A stretch of 64,000 nucleotides of DNA from Anaerolineales bacterium. GTDB taxonomy: Bacteria > Chloroflexota > Anaerolineae > Anaerolineales > Villigracilaceae. The stretch spans positions 13,075 to 77,074 of the forward strand of contig JACZJB010000104.1 in the NCBI GenBank assembly GCA_014860805.1, written 5' to 3'. Each line of letters begins with the position of its first letter. Position 1 is the first letter of the stretch. Position numbers and translations under genes: made by a program. Shown here one piece after another: positions 36,584 to 45,498 of the stretch. A model generated the notes under the pieces. The model did not search any database. It was not told the origin of the DNA and saw nothing but the letters and a program-made list of their open reading frames with translations.

Positions 36584-37219
36584 AAATCTACGCGAGACAA
36601 AATTTTACAGACTTTACTTCGAAAACCACGTTCCACCATCAACGATCTTGCCGAAGCGGTTGGAATCAACCCCATCTCTGTGCGCCATCACCTAACCAAC
36701 CTTCAAATGGAGGGATTGGTTGAAGGACAGGAAGAGCGTCATGGAGTGGGACGCCCCCGCCTTGTGTATGTGCTTACCGACGAAGGCATGGAACACTTCC
36801 CCACTCGTTACATGAAATTGACTACACGACTACTTTCCCAAATGAAAGAGACCATGCCCGGGCCGGTGGTGGCAAAATTATTCAATCAAATTGCTGAAGA
36901 TCTCGCCAGCGAATATACAGAAGACATGAAAAACCTGGGTATGGAAGAACGCCTAGACTTCGTCAAAGAAATGCTGGCTCAGGAAGGTTTCACAGTGGAA
37001 TGGGAGAAAAAGGATGGAGGTCAATACCAGATCCACGAAATCTCCTGCCCGTATTATCAAATTGGCATTGCACATCCTGAAGTCTGCACTGTGGATCAGA
37101 CGTTGATCTCAAAAATGCTTGCGTTACCGGCAAACAAAGTCCAGTGTATTTTGGACGGCGGCGCACACTGCACGTATGTTGTCCAGTCTGCGGAAGTAAA
37201 AACGGCAAAACACTCATAA
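36581..37219 (+). CDS. sufR: SufR-like transcriptional regulator (winged HTH plus C-terminal 4-Cys Fe-S sensing motif)
   Basis: RDKILQTLLRKPRSTINDLAEAVGINPISVRHHLTNL. C-terminal C-x12-C-x19-C-x7-C. Linked to the suf genes. Confidence 0.75.
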   Translation: MKSTRDKILQTLLRKPRSTINDLAEAVGINPISVRHHLTNLQMEGLVEGQEERHGVGRPRLVYVLTDEGMEHFPTRYMKLTTRLLSQMKETMPGPVVAKLFNQIAEDLASEYTEDMKNLGMEERLDFVKEMLAQEGFTVEWEKKDGGQYQIHEISCPYYQIGIAHPEVCTVDQTLISKMLALPANKVQCILDGGAHCTYVVQSAEVKTAKHS

Positions 37220-37234
37220 TTTAGCAGAGGAACC

Positions 37235-37579
37235 ATGAGCGAAGAAATTAAAGAAATCCAGTGGACCATCCACACCACCCACCCGGAATTGGTAAAGGAA
37301 GCCCGCGCCAAACTGTCAGAGGTGATCGACCCTGAAATTGGAATGAGCATCATCCAGTTGGGTCTGATCCGCGATATCGAAGTTGAAAATAACATCGCCA
37401 GCCTGAAGATGATCCTCACAACACCCTTCTGTCCCTATGGCCCGGCCATGATCGAAATGACCAAAGCCAAGGCGATCGAAGGCCTCAACATGCCCGTCAC
37501 GATCAACATGGGTATGGAAATGTGGGACTTTTCGATGATGGAAGATCCATCCGCGTTGGACTGGGGAATGTACGCGTAA
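37235..37579 (+). CDS. sufT: DUF59/MIP18-family Fe-S assembly protein (SufT-like)
   Basis: VIDPEIGMSIIQLGLI ... TTPFCP. Confidence 0.8.
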   Translation: MSEEIKEIQWTIHTTHPELVKEARAKLSEVIDPEIGMSIIQLGLIRDIEVENNIASLKMILTTPFCPYGPAMIEMTKAKAIEGLNMPVTINMGMEMWDFSMMEDPSALDWGMYA

Positions 37580-37594
37580 CGGTTTATCAATCAT

Positions 37595-37630
37595 AAAAAA
37601 GACGCCGACTTTTGGTCGGCGTCTTTTTTA
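37595..37630. terminator. bidirectional terminator
   Basis: AAAAAAGACGCCGAC-TTTTG-GTCGGCGTCTTTTTT. Confidence 0.85.
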
Positions 37631-38215
37631 TTGCCCCTTTTTCCAATGCATTACATGCGGCTGCTCGCCTTCCGCAAAGCCTGAAATAATGATCAAAGCA
37701 TTTGTTACATTCGTGCTTTGGTTGCGCCAGCGATGACTCAATTTTGAAGCGAATAACAGGCTATCCCCTGCTTCAAGATGAAAAACTTCCTTTTCAACGA
37801 AATAATCCAACTGACCGCGCAGACAAAATACGAACTCATGTCCGCTGTGCACCATGCCATGTTGACCGCAGGAAGCGCCGCTCTCCAGCGTCAGCATGAA
37901 CGGCTCCACCCTGCCGACAAACTGCTCCCCGCCTAATGCTTCAAATACCCCGCGTGTAAATGACATGCGTGTCCGTTCGTCCGACTTCAAGAATACAACC
38001 TGCTTCTTTTCGGTCTCTCTATCGAAAAAAGCTGTGATCGAAACCCCCAACGCATCAGCCAATTTGTAAAGTGTGCTTACCGAGGGCGAGGTCTTCCCGC
38101 GTTCGATCATCGAAAGAGCGTTGGCAGACAACCCGCTTTTTGCACCGAGTGCGCGCATGGAAATCCCCCTTGATTCTCGCAGTTCGCGCAAGCGAGAGGC
38201 CACATCCACCGACAT
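37628..38215 (-). CDS. XRE-family HTH regulator with a C-terminal cupin domain
   Basis: LRELRESRGISMRALGAKSGLSANALSMIERGKTSPSVSTLYKLADAL, then a cupin beta-barrel. Start at MSVDVA is likely. Confidence 0.8.
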   Translation of the reverse strand: MSVDVASRLRELRESRGISMRALGAKSGLSANALSMIERGKTSPSVSTLYKLADALGVSITAFFDRETEKKQVVFLKSDERTRMSFTRGVFEALGGEQFVGRVEPFMLTLESGASCGQHGMVHSGHEFVFCLRGQLDYFVEKEVFHLEAGDSLLFASKLSHRWRNQSTNVTNALIIISGFAEGEQPHVMHWKKGQ

Positions 38216-38297
38216 TGCTTCTCTCTGAAACGATCCCATACTACCTCCAAACTAAAACACTGTCTCAAATAAAACTTGCCGGATTATACCAATTTTT

Positions 38298-38343
38298 ATA
38301 TGACATTAAACAAAACTTAATATGACACAATTCACTATTGTGT
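38298..38343. promoter_or_regulatory. candidate operator region: direct ATATGACA repeats (38298, 38320) and the palindrome ACACAAT-N5-ATTGTGT (38325-38343)
   Basis: Read directly. Lies in the divergent region between the XRE-cupin and ArsR genes. Confidence 0.35.
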
Positions 38344-38406
38344 AAAGTATCACAAATGTATGATAGGGCTATAAATATTCGTTTATTCGCATATAAGAAG
38401 GTAAAT

Positions 38407-38754
38407 ATGGTCACACCTGTCCTAAAACAAGAAATCACTCAACTCGAAGCCAATTTCTGTGCGGCGCTTTCAGACCCAAACCGCCTTCTCATCTTGTACG
38501 CTTTGGATGAAGGTCCACGCAACGTAACCGATCTCGCAAATGAACTCGGGCTGAACCAGCCAACCACGTCGCGGCATCTCAAAATCCTGCGCGAGCGCGG
38601 GCTTGTGGATACCGTCCGCACAGGCACAACCATCACCTACCATCTTTCAGATCCAAGGCTTATTCAGGCGCTTGATCTTTTGCGCAGCGCCATGCGTGAC
38701 AGACTCGCACATCAAGCAAACTTGATCAATGAAGTTTCACAGGAGAATGTATGA
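38407..38754 (+). CDS. ArsR/SmtB-family transcriptional regulator
   Basis: FCAALSDPNRLLILYAL...NVTDLANELGLNQPTTSRHLKILRERGLV. ATGA overlap with the next gene. Confidence 0.85.
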   Translation: MVTPVLKQEITQLEANFCAALSDPNRLLILYALDEGPRNVTDLANELGLNQPTTSRHLKILRERGLVDTVRTGTTITYHLSDPRLIQALDLLRSAMRDRLAHQANLINEVSQENV

Positions 38755-40193
38755 AGAACCGCTTCCCTTCCTGGACCCTGGGGCTGATCGGCATCTTGTT
38801 GCTGATCCTCGTCCCTGTCCTGTACTACTTACCTCGCGCCCCAAAAGCCAATGACCCTGCGGCGTATCTCCCCACCAAAGTTGTGCACGTGGATCACAAA
38901 GACATCGTCCAGGGCGAATTTAAAACTGGACAGGATGTAACCCGCGCCTGTCTCGAATGTCACGAAGACGCTGCCACAGAATTGATGAAAACAACCCACT
39001 GGACCTGGGAATCGAAAGCCTTTGATGTTCCCTGGCGCGATGACAACGTGACCATTGGCAAGATCAACCAGATCAACAATTTCTGCATCGGCTCACAAGG
39101 CAACGAAAACAAGTGTATGTCCTGTCACGCTGGTTATGGCTGGGAAGAAGGCAAAGAAGCCGCTCTTGCCAGCGAAGAAAATGTGGATTGTCTCGCCTGT
39201 CACGCGGATACTGGCATGTACGGCAAAGGCACTTTCGGCAACCCCGCGGATGGCGTTGACCTGCTGGCTGCCGCACAAAGTGTGCGCGCTCCAACCCGCG
39301 AAAACTGCGGTAAATGTCACTTCGATGGCGGCGGTGGAAACGGCGTCAAACACGGCGACCTCGACGAAAGCCTGTACTTCCCGGACCAGTCCCTGGATAT
39401 TCACATGGGCGGCGAGCTCAACATGCAATGCACCGACTGTCACGTCTCCACAGACCACCAAATTTTGGGTCGCATGCTTGCAGACAATTACACCATTGAC
39501 CCAAATGAACAAGTCTCCTGCGAGCAGTGCCATGTAAACCAAAAGCATGAAGATGAACGGATCAACACCCATCTTTCCGCAGTAGCCTGCCAAACCTGCC
39601 ACATTCCCGCGATAGCGCTGGAAGACCCAACCAAAACCACTTGGGACTGGTCACAAGCGGGTCAGGATGGACGCGAAGACGATCACTTCACCTACCTCAA
39701 GATCAAAGGTGAATTCACCTACGAACAAAATTTCAAACCCACTTATCTCTGGTTCAACGGCAACAACGAATATCGCTACATCCTCGGCGACCCGCTGGGT
39801 AAAAGCGGTATCACCTACATCAACAAGCCTGCGGGCAGCATCAAAGACCTCAGCGCAAAGATATTCCCCTTCAAAATTCACGTTGCCAAGCAACCCTATG
39901 ACGTGAAAAACAATTACCTGCTTCAACCCATCACATCCGGCGAAGGCGGTTTCTGGACAACCTTTGATTGGAACAGCGCCTTCGAACTTGCCGCACCGGT
40001 CACGGGCTTGGAATACAGCGGAGAATATGGTTTCACAGAAACACATATGTACTGGCCGACTACGCACATGGTTCAATCTGCCGACAAAGCCTTGCAATGT
40101 AACTCCTGTCATTCCGCCACCGGCGAACCCAGCATTATGGACTGGGAAGCCCTCGGCTATTCCGGCGACCCAATTGAATGGGGCGGAAGGTAA
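38751..40193 (+). CDS. octahaem c-type cytochrome, tetrathionate-reductase (Otr) family-like, N-terminally membrane anchored
   Basis: Eight CxxCH motifs (CLECH, CMSCH, CLACH, CGKCH, CTDCH, CEQCH, CQTCH, CNSCH). THWTWES block. N-terminal TM helix. Confidence 0.75.
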   Translation: MKNRFPSWTLGLIGILLLILVPVLYYLPRAPKANDPAAYLPTKVVHVDHKDIVQGEFKTGQDVTRACLECHEDAATELMKTTHWTWESKAFDVPWRDDNVTIGKINQINNFCIGSQGNENKCMSCHAGYGWEEGKEAALASEENVDCLACHADTGMYGKGTFGNPADGVDLLAAAQSVRAPTRENCGKCHFDGGGGNGVKHGDLDESLYFPDQSLDIHMGGELNMQCTDCHVSTDHQILGRMLADNYTIDPNEQVSCEQCHVNQKHEDERINTHLSAVACQTCHIPAIALEDPTKTTWDWSQAGQDGREDDHFTYLKIKGEFTYEQNFKPTYLWFNGNNEYRYILGDPLGKSGITYINKPAGSIKDLSAKIFPFKIHVAKQPYDVKNNYLLQPITSGEGGFWTTFDWNSAFELAAPVTGLEYSGEYGFTETHMYWPTTHMVQSADKALQCNSCHSATGEPSIMDWEALGYSGDPIEWGGR

Positions 40194-40201
40194 TAACAAC
40201 C

Positions 40202-42913
40202 ATGAAACGACACACTCTCTTCCTTCTAGTTGGATTAACTGCTCTGGCACTTGCCATCGGATTTGGAACGGCTCTTGCTTCACCCGAAACTGCTCCCGCT
40301 CATCAGGCATCTGTCTTGCACCCGAACTTCGCCCTGCTGGACAAGAATGGCGACAACGTTCTTGAAAGTAATAACTCTGTTTCCACCATGCAAACCTGCG
40401 GACAATGCCACGATACGAAATTCATCGAATCCCACGCATTTCACGCTGACCTTGGCTTGTCCGACTTCGCCGCTTCAACAGAAACATGGGACGCCTCCAC
40501 AGGCACTTTCGGCCAATGGAATCCCCTGACCTACCGCTTCCTCTCTCAGAGCGGAGATGAACGCCTTGATCTCTCCACCGCCGAGTGGTTGATGCTTAAT
40601 GGCGAGCGCATCGTTGGCGGCGGACCTGCCACCACATCCCGCGATGGCACTTTACTGACAGACTTAAAGACAAGCAAAGAAAATCCAGAAACTTCCATCC
40701 TTGACGAAAACGGAAGCGCCGGCACATGGGATTGGGATAAATCTGGCACTATGGAAATGAACTGCTTCCTCTGCCACCTTGAATCTCCCAATACCGCCGC
40801 TCGCGCCAAAGCTATTCAATCTGGGGAGTTTGGCAACGCCAACACCGCCACCCTGCTTGGCTTGGACATCGTCAATGACGGCAACGAAGGCTGGGTCTGG
40901 AATACAGCTGCCTTTACCGAGACAGGCGAACTCAATAGTGAAATGATCGGTATTCAAGACCCTACCAACGCCAACTGCGCGGCCTGCCATGGAGAAGTTC
41001 ACCCTGAAACAAAGGAGCCGCTCACCCTCAACGCTTGCGACCTCGACTATCCGCAAACCGCCACCACCGGGCAGGTTGTCAGCGGACAACGCATCAATCA
41101 GTCGGGCGTAAACCTCTCAGGCAAGAATGACATCTCTCGCTCATGGGACATCCACGCAGAACGCCAGCTGCAATGCACAGATTGTCATTTCGCACTCAAC
41201 AACCCCGCTCACGTCAGCGAGGCACAAAGCAACAATCCCGACCATCTGATTTACGATCCCCGTTCGCTGGAGATCGGCGAATATCTTGAAAGACCTGACC
41301 ATAACTTTGCCCGTGGACAAAGCGCGCAATTCAATGTCGCGCCAGAATACAAGGGAACCATGCGCCGCTGTGAGAACTGCCATGATGCCAGCAAAGGACA
41401 TGCCGACTGGCTGCCTTACATCGAAACTCACATGGATGCTGTCGCTTGCGAAACCTGCCACATCCCGCAGATGTATGCGCCTGCCATTCAATCCTATGAT
41501 TGGACGGTCATCACTACGGAAGGAACCGCTGTGGAAACCTGCCGTGGCGTGGAAGGCAACCCAAACGCAGTGACTTCCCTCGTTACTGGCTATGAACCCG
41601 TCCTGCTCAACCGCACCAACATTGACGGTGACTCATTGCTTGCGCCGTACAACTTGATCACATCTTTCTACTGGGTGTACGATGACGCCAATGGCAACAA
41701 ACGCCCCGTACGTTTGATGGACCTTGAAGCGGCATTCCTCGAGAATGGAAAGTATGCAAAAGACATCGTCGCCGCATTTGATGCGAACAGCGACGGCAAA
41801 CTAAGTACAAAAGAATTGGTAATCGACTCTCCCGCCAAGGAAGGAGTCGTCAAGGCGAAACTCGAGGCGTTAGGGCTGAATAGTCCACGCATCGAGGGCA
41901 TGGTTCAACCGTACAGTATTAATCACAACGTCACCCGCGGTGAAAATGCCGTCAACGATTGCAAAGTCTGCCACAATGCGGACTCGCGCATCACTCAATC
42001 CATCAAACTCGCGGATAATGCGCCAGTCATGCCAGTCTTCGACGTGGATAACAACGTGCAGGGCAGCGGTGAACTTGTCACAGGCGAAGATGGAGCGTTG
42101 TACTATCAACCCGCACCGGCCAAGGATGGCATGTATGTTTTTGGCTCCAGCCGTGTAAGTTGGATCGACTGGCTCGGCGCGCTTGCCTTCGCGGGTTCGC
42201 TTTTAGGTGTGATCGGCCACGGGACGTTGAGATTCTTATCGTCGAAGAAACAGACTCACGGCGCAGTCCGAACCGAACGCATTTACATGTATGATGCCTA
42301 TCGCCGCTTCTGGCACTGGCTTCAAACAGCTTCCATTGTTATCCTGTTATTCACGGGTCTCATCATTCACAGGCCCGATATCTTCGGCGCGTTCTCCTTC
42401 CGCGGTGTAGTGACTTTGCACAATGTCATCGCCGCCATATTGGTGATCAACGCACTGCTCTCGGTCTTTTATCACGTCGCCACCGAACGCATGCAGGAGT
42501 ACATCCCCCGCCCGTATGGCTTCTTTGATGATGCGATGGTTCAAGCGAAATACTATATTTCAGGAATTTTCAAAGGAGAAGGACATCCCTTTGAGAAGCG
42601 CCCCAATAATCGCATGAACCCCATTCAGAAGATCACCTATTTTGGAATTCTGAACGTGCTGCTTCCTTTGCAGATGCTCACTGGCGCGTTGATGTGGGGC
42701 GTGCAGAAGTGGCCTGCCCTTGCCAACGCACTCGGCGGACTTCCCTTCCTTGCACCTTTCCATTCGTTGGTCGCATGGCTGTTTGGAACCTTCATCATCG
42801 TACATGTGTATATGACCACCACCGGCGCAACCCCGCTCGAAGCGACTCGCGCCATGATCACTGGCTACGAAGAAGTGGAAGTACATAATGGCAAAGATGA
42901 AGAAGGATCATAA
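40202..42913 (+). CDS. fusion of a 7-haem c-type cytochrome domain with a C-terminal FdnI/HydC/PhsC-type cytochrome b membrane domain (CbcL-like quinol oxidoreductase)
   Basis: Signal peptide. Seven CxxCH motifs (CGQCH, CFLCH, CAACH, CTDCH, CENCH, CETCH, CKVCH). C-terminal about 250 aa has TM helices with conserved His (FWHWLQ, TLHNV, FHSLVAW, IIVHVY). Confidence 0.75.
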   Translation: MKRHTLFLLVGLTALALAIGFGTALASPETAPAHQASVLHPNFALLDKNGDNVLESNNSVSTMQTCGQCHDTKFIESHAFHADLGLSDFAASTETWDASTGTFGQWNPLTYRFLSQSGDERLDLSTAEWLMLNGERIVGGGPATTSRDGTLLTDLKTSKENPETSILDENGSAGTWDWDKSGTMEMNCFLCHLESPNTAARAKAIQSGEFGNANTATLLGLDIVNDGNEGWVWNTAAFTETGELNSEMIGIQDPTNANCAACHGEVHPETKEPLTLNACDLDYPQTATTGQVVSGQRINQSGVNLSGKNDISRSWDIHAERQLQCTDCHFALNNPAHVSEAQSNNPDHLIYDPRSLEIGEYLERPDHNFARGQSAQFNVAPEYKGTMRRCENCHDASKGHADWLPYIETHMDAVACETCHIPQMYAPAIQSYDWTVITTEGTAVETCRGVEGNPNAVTSLVTGYEPVLLNRTNIDGDSLLAPYNLITSFYWVYDDANGNKRPVRLMDLEAAFLENGKYAKDIVAAFDANSDGKLSTKELVIDSPAKEGVVKAKLEALGLNSPRIEGMVQPYSINHNVTRGENAVNDCKVCHNADSRITQSIKLADNAPVMPVFDVDNNVQGSGELVTGEDGALYYQPAPAKDGMYVFGSSRVSWIDWLGALAFAGSLLGVIGHGTLRFLSSKKQTHGAVRTERIYMYDAYRRFWHWLQTASIVILLFTGLIIHRPDIFGAFSFRGVVTLHNVIAAILVINALLSVFYHVATERMQEYIPRPYGFFDDAMVQAKYYISGIFKGEGHPFEKRPNNRMNPIQKITYFGILNVLLPLQMLTGALMWGVQKWPALANALGGLPFLAPFHSLVAWLFGTFIIVHVYMTTTGATPLEATRAMITGYEEVEVHNGKDEEGS

Positions 42914-42979
42914 GTTGAACGTCAAACATATTAACCTTTGTTTTTGTAGTGCCCTTCGTGTTTAGAAAAGGAATGAACC

Positions 42980-43525
42980 ATGACCACTCAAATTAGAAAA
43001 TCGATCTTCAAGCGGCCTGAAAAAGCGTATGTGCACCCATACTTTGGCGGATTAGTGTTGGGAATCGTCCTATTCCTTGCCTTCTTTCTAACAGGCAATG
43101 GACTTGGCTCTTCAGGCGCGACCAGCCGCATTGATGCACTGATCGTGGACAGTATCTCGCCTTCCCACGTGGACAATAATCCATATCTGTTGAAGATGGC
43201 AGGCGGCGACAAAAATCCGCTGGATGATTGGATCGTGCCTGTCTTCTTTGGGGCACTGCTCGGCGGGTTTGCATCAGGCTTCATGAATGGTCGCCTCAAA
43301 TTCATGACCACAAAAGGTCCGCACATCTCAGACCGTACCCGCTGGCTGATGGCTTTCCTCGGCGGCGTCATCTTCTTGTACGGCGCGCGCATGGCGCGCG
43401 GCTGCACTTCAGGGCAGGCACTCTCCGGCGGAGCTACTCTCTCCGCGGGTTCCTGGGTGGTCATGTTCGCCATCTTTGGCGGCGCGTACGGACTGGCATA
43501 CTTCGTCCGCAAGTTATGGAATTAG
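42980..43525 (+). CDS. YeeE/YedE-family sulfur-compound transporter, half 1
   Basis: ARMARGCTSGQALSGG motif. About 4-5 TM segments. Confidence 0.75.
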   Translation: MTTQIRKSIFKRPEKAYVHPYFGGLVLGIVLFLAFFLTGNGLGSSGATSRIDALIVDSISPSHVDNNPYLLKMAGGDKNPLDDWIVPVFFGALLGGFASGFMNGRLKFMTTKGPHISDRTRWLMAFLGGVIFLYGARMARGCTSGQALSGGATLSAGSWVVMFAIFGGAYGLAYFVRKLWN

Positions 43526-43535
43526 GAGAACTAAA

Positions 43536-44837
43536 ATGAACTTTCCTCTCCCCTCTCTAATTGCAGTCAGCGCAGCCAACCCGTGGACTTATGTGCTCTT
43601 CGGTGCCATCGGCTTCGCGTTTGGTTACGTCTTGGAAATGTCGGGCTTTGGCGACTCTCGCAAGTTAGCTGCCCAGTTTTATTTTACTGAACTGACCGTG
43701 CTCAAAGTAATGTTTACCGCCATTGTCACCGCAATGGTGTTGACCTTTGGCGCAGTCGGGCTTGGCGTGTTGGATTTCAGCCAGGTATGGGTCAACCCAA
43801 CCTACCTTTGGTCTGGCTTGGTCGGCGGACTGATCATGGGCGTGGGTTTTATCGTTGGCGGTTTCTGCCCCACCACATCCCTCGCCTCTGCCTCTACAGG
43901 CAAAATTGACGGCATGCTTTTCATGCTTGGCGGATTTGTTGGCGCGTTTCTCTTCGGCGAAACCGAACCGCTTTTCACCAACTGGTACAACAACGCAGGC
44001 TATTATGGCCGCGTCACTCTTGACCAGGTCTTCGGCATCCCAGTCGGCGCGGTAGTGCTGCTCGTTGTCCTTATGGCGCTCTTTATGTTCTGGGGTGCGG
44101 AGCAACTCGAACGCATCTTTGGCAAAAAAGACCTGAGCAAAGAACCCAGGCTTCGGGTGGCAGGAGCTGTGGCTCTTTTCGCTGGAGCCGTGGCAGTGCT
44201 TGCAATCGGCAATCCGTCTCTTGAAGACCGCTACAACAAGGTCACCTTCACCCGCACTGAAACCATCCCGCAGTTAAATGCAGACCCCATTGTCAACACC
44301 TACGTGTACACAGCCGATCAAATGCTTGAAAAGCGGCTGGTATTCACCTCTCCTGCCGAAGCCTTCAAAGCAAAATACAATCAGGCCATGAATCCCGTTT
44401 ATCTGGATGTGCGTTCCGAGGCGGATTACAACCTGTATCACATTCAAAATGCGGTCAATGTTCCGTTGGGCCGTCTGACGGAAGTCATCCCTGTGCTGCT
44501 CAGCGAACCGCCCGCTAACACAGTCTTCATCTTGATGAGCAACGATGAAACCGCAGCGGTGGCTGCGTGGAAGATCTTGGTTGGATCGAGCGTGCAGAAT
44601 GTCTACATTCTGGAAGGCGGCGTGAACAACTGGATCGCTTTCTTCGGAGAAAATGAAAAAGCGCTTCGCCCCGCCCCGAATGCTGGTGACGACCAATTGG
44701 GATACATCTTCCCTGCGGCATTGGGCAGCCGCTACGAATCATGCTCCCCCGATCCCATCGAATACGAAAAGCTGGAATTCGAACAGAAGATCATTCTGCA
44801 GCTCAAACGTGACAAATCCGGCGGCGGATGCGGATAG
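43536..44837 (+). CDS. YeeE/YedE-family transporter half 2 fused to a C-terminal rhodanese-homology domain that lacks the catalytic Cys
   Basis: GFIVGGFCPTTS motif. Rhodanese-like YLDVRSEADYNLYHIQNAVNVPL...ILEGGVNNW. The active-site loop reads FILMSNDETAA. The protein ends ...SGGGCG. Confidence 0.7.
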   Translation: MNFPLPSLIAVSAANPWTYVLFGAIGFAFGYVLEMSGFGDSRKLAAQFYFTELTVLKVMFTAIVTAMVLTFGAVGLGVLDFSQVWVNPTYLWSGLVGGLIMGVGFIVGGFCPTTSLASASTGKIDGMLFMLGGFVGAFLFGETEPLFTNWYNNAGYYGRVTLDQVFGIPVGAVVLLVVLMALFMFWGAEQLERIFGKKDLSKEPRLRVAGAVALFAGAVAVLAIGNPSLEDRYNKVTFTRTETIPQLNADPIVNTYVYTADQMLEKRLVFTSPAEAFKAKYNQAMNPVYLDVRSEADYNLYHIQNAVNVPLGRLTEVIPVLLSEPPANTVFILMSNDETAAVAAWKILVGSSVQNVYILEGGVNNWIAFFGENEKALRPAPNAGDDQLGYIFPAALGSRYESCSPDPIEYEKLEFEQKIILQLKRDKSGGGCG

Positions 44838-44863
44838 CAAGCAGACAGTAGAAATCAATAAAA

Positions 44864-44905
44864 AAATAGCAAACTCCCGAAGTTAACTTCGGGAGTTTGC
44901 TATTT
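44864..44905 (+). terminator. strong palindromic terminator after the cytochrome/YeeE operon
   Basis: ATAGCAAACTCCCGAAGTTAACTTCGGGAGTTTGCTAT, followed by TTTGG. Confidence 0.75.
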
Positions 44906-44974
44906 GGATGAAATTGTTGTCAGGTATACTTAAGGCGCAGTTCAGCAAGAATACATAAGAATACGAGAGGAACC

Positions 44975-45433
44975 ATGAAATATCGTTTATTAAGCTTGAG
45001 CATTCTAGTGACAGTGCTGGCGGCTTGTGCCCCTGCCCCCACACCGACCGAGCCCGCCGTGGATGTGATCGGCACAAGAGCCATGGAACTGGCATTCCTG
45101 ATGCAAACCCAGACGGCAATGGCTTATTCCCCTACGCCGCCGCCCACCTTTACGCCCGAGCCGACCGCCACAGCGACCATTGAACCAACCCCCGTAGTCA
45201 TTGAAGAGCCAAGGATCGTAAACGGACCCGCCGCCTGTTATGTCAAACCGGATGTAACGTCAGTGCTCTCCAGCAATATCACAGATACCAAGATCGTGGA
45301 ATTGCTGGCGGTTGGAGCAACGCCGGGCTGGTACAAGATCACAAACCCATACTTCTATACGCCCTGCTGGGTGATGGAAAACAACATTTCCATTGACCCG
45401 AACATGGATCTCTCGGTTTACCCGGTGGAATAA
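44975..45433 (+). CDS. lipoprotein with a Pro/Thr-rich linker and an SH3b-like C-terminal domain
   Basis: MKYRLLSLSILVTVLAAC lipobox. GWYKITNPYFYTPCWV. Confidence 0.65.
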   Translation: MKYRLLSLSILVTVLAACAPAPTPTEPAVDVIGTRAMELAFLMQTQTAMAYSPTPPPTFTPEPTATATIEPTPVVIEEPRIVNGPAACYVKPDVTSVLSSNITDTKIVELLAVGATPGWYKITNPYFYTPCWVMENNISIDPNMDLSVYPVE

Positions 45434-45450
45434 AGGTCGTCAGAAATGCA

Positions 45451-45486
45451 AACGTCTCGCGAAGTCAACTTCGCGAGACGTTTTTG
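45451..45486. terminator. bidirectional terminator
   Basis: AACGTCTCGCGAAGT-CA-ACTTCGCGAGACGTT followed by TTT. Confidence 0.8.
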
Positions 45487-45498
45487 TTTATGCAAGGA

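Noticed and set aside
39093-40310. Minus-strand ORFs of 169 and 219 aa
   Set aside because: They are antisense to the octahaem cytochrome gene, which has eight in-frame CxxCH motifs on the plus strand.
44330-44700. Calling the rhodanese domain an active thiosulfate sulfurtransferase
   Set aside because: The catalytic Cys position reads Ser/Asn (FILMSNDETAA), so I report only the fold and not the activity.
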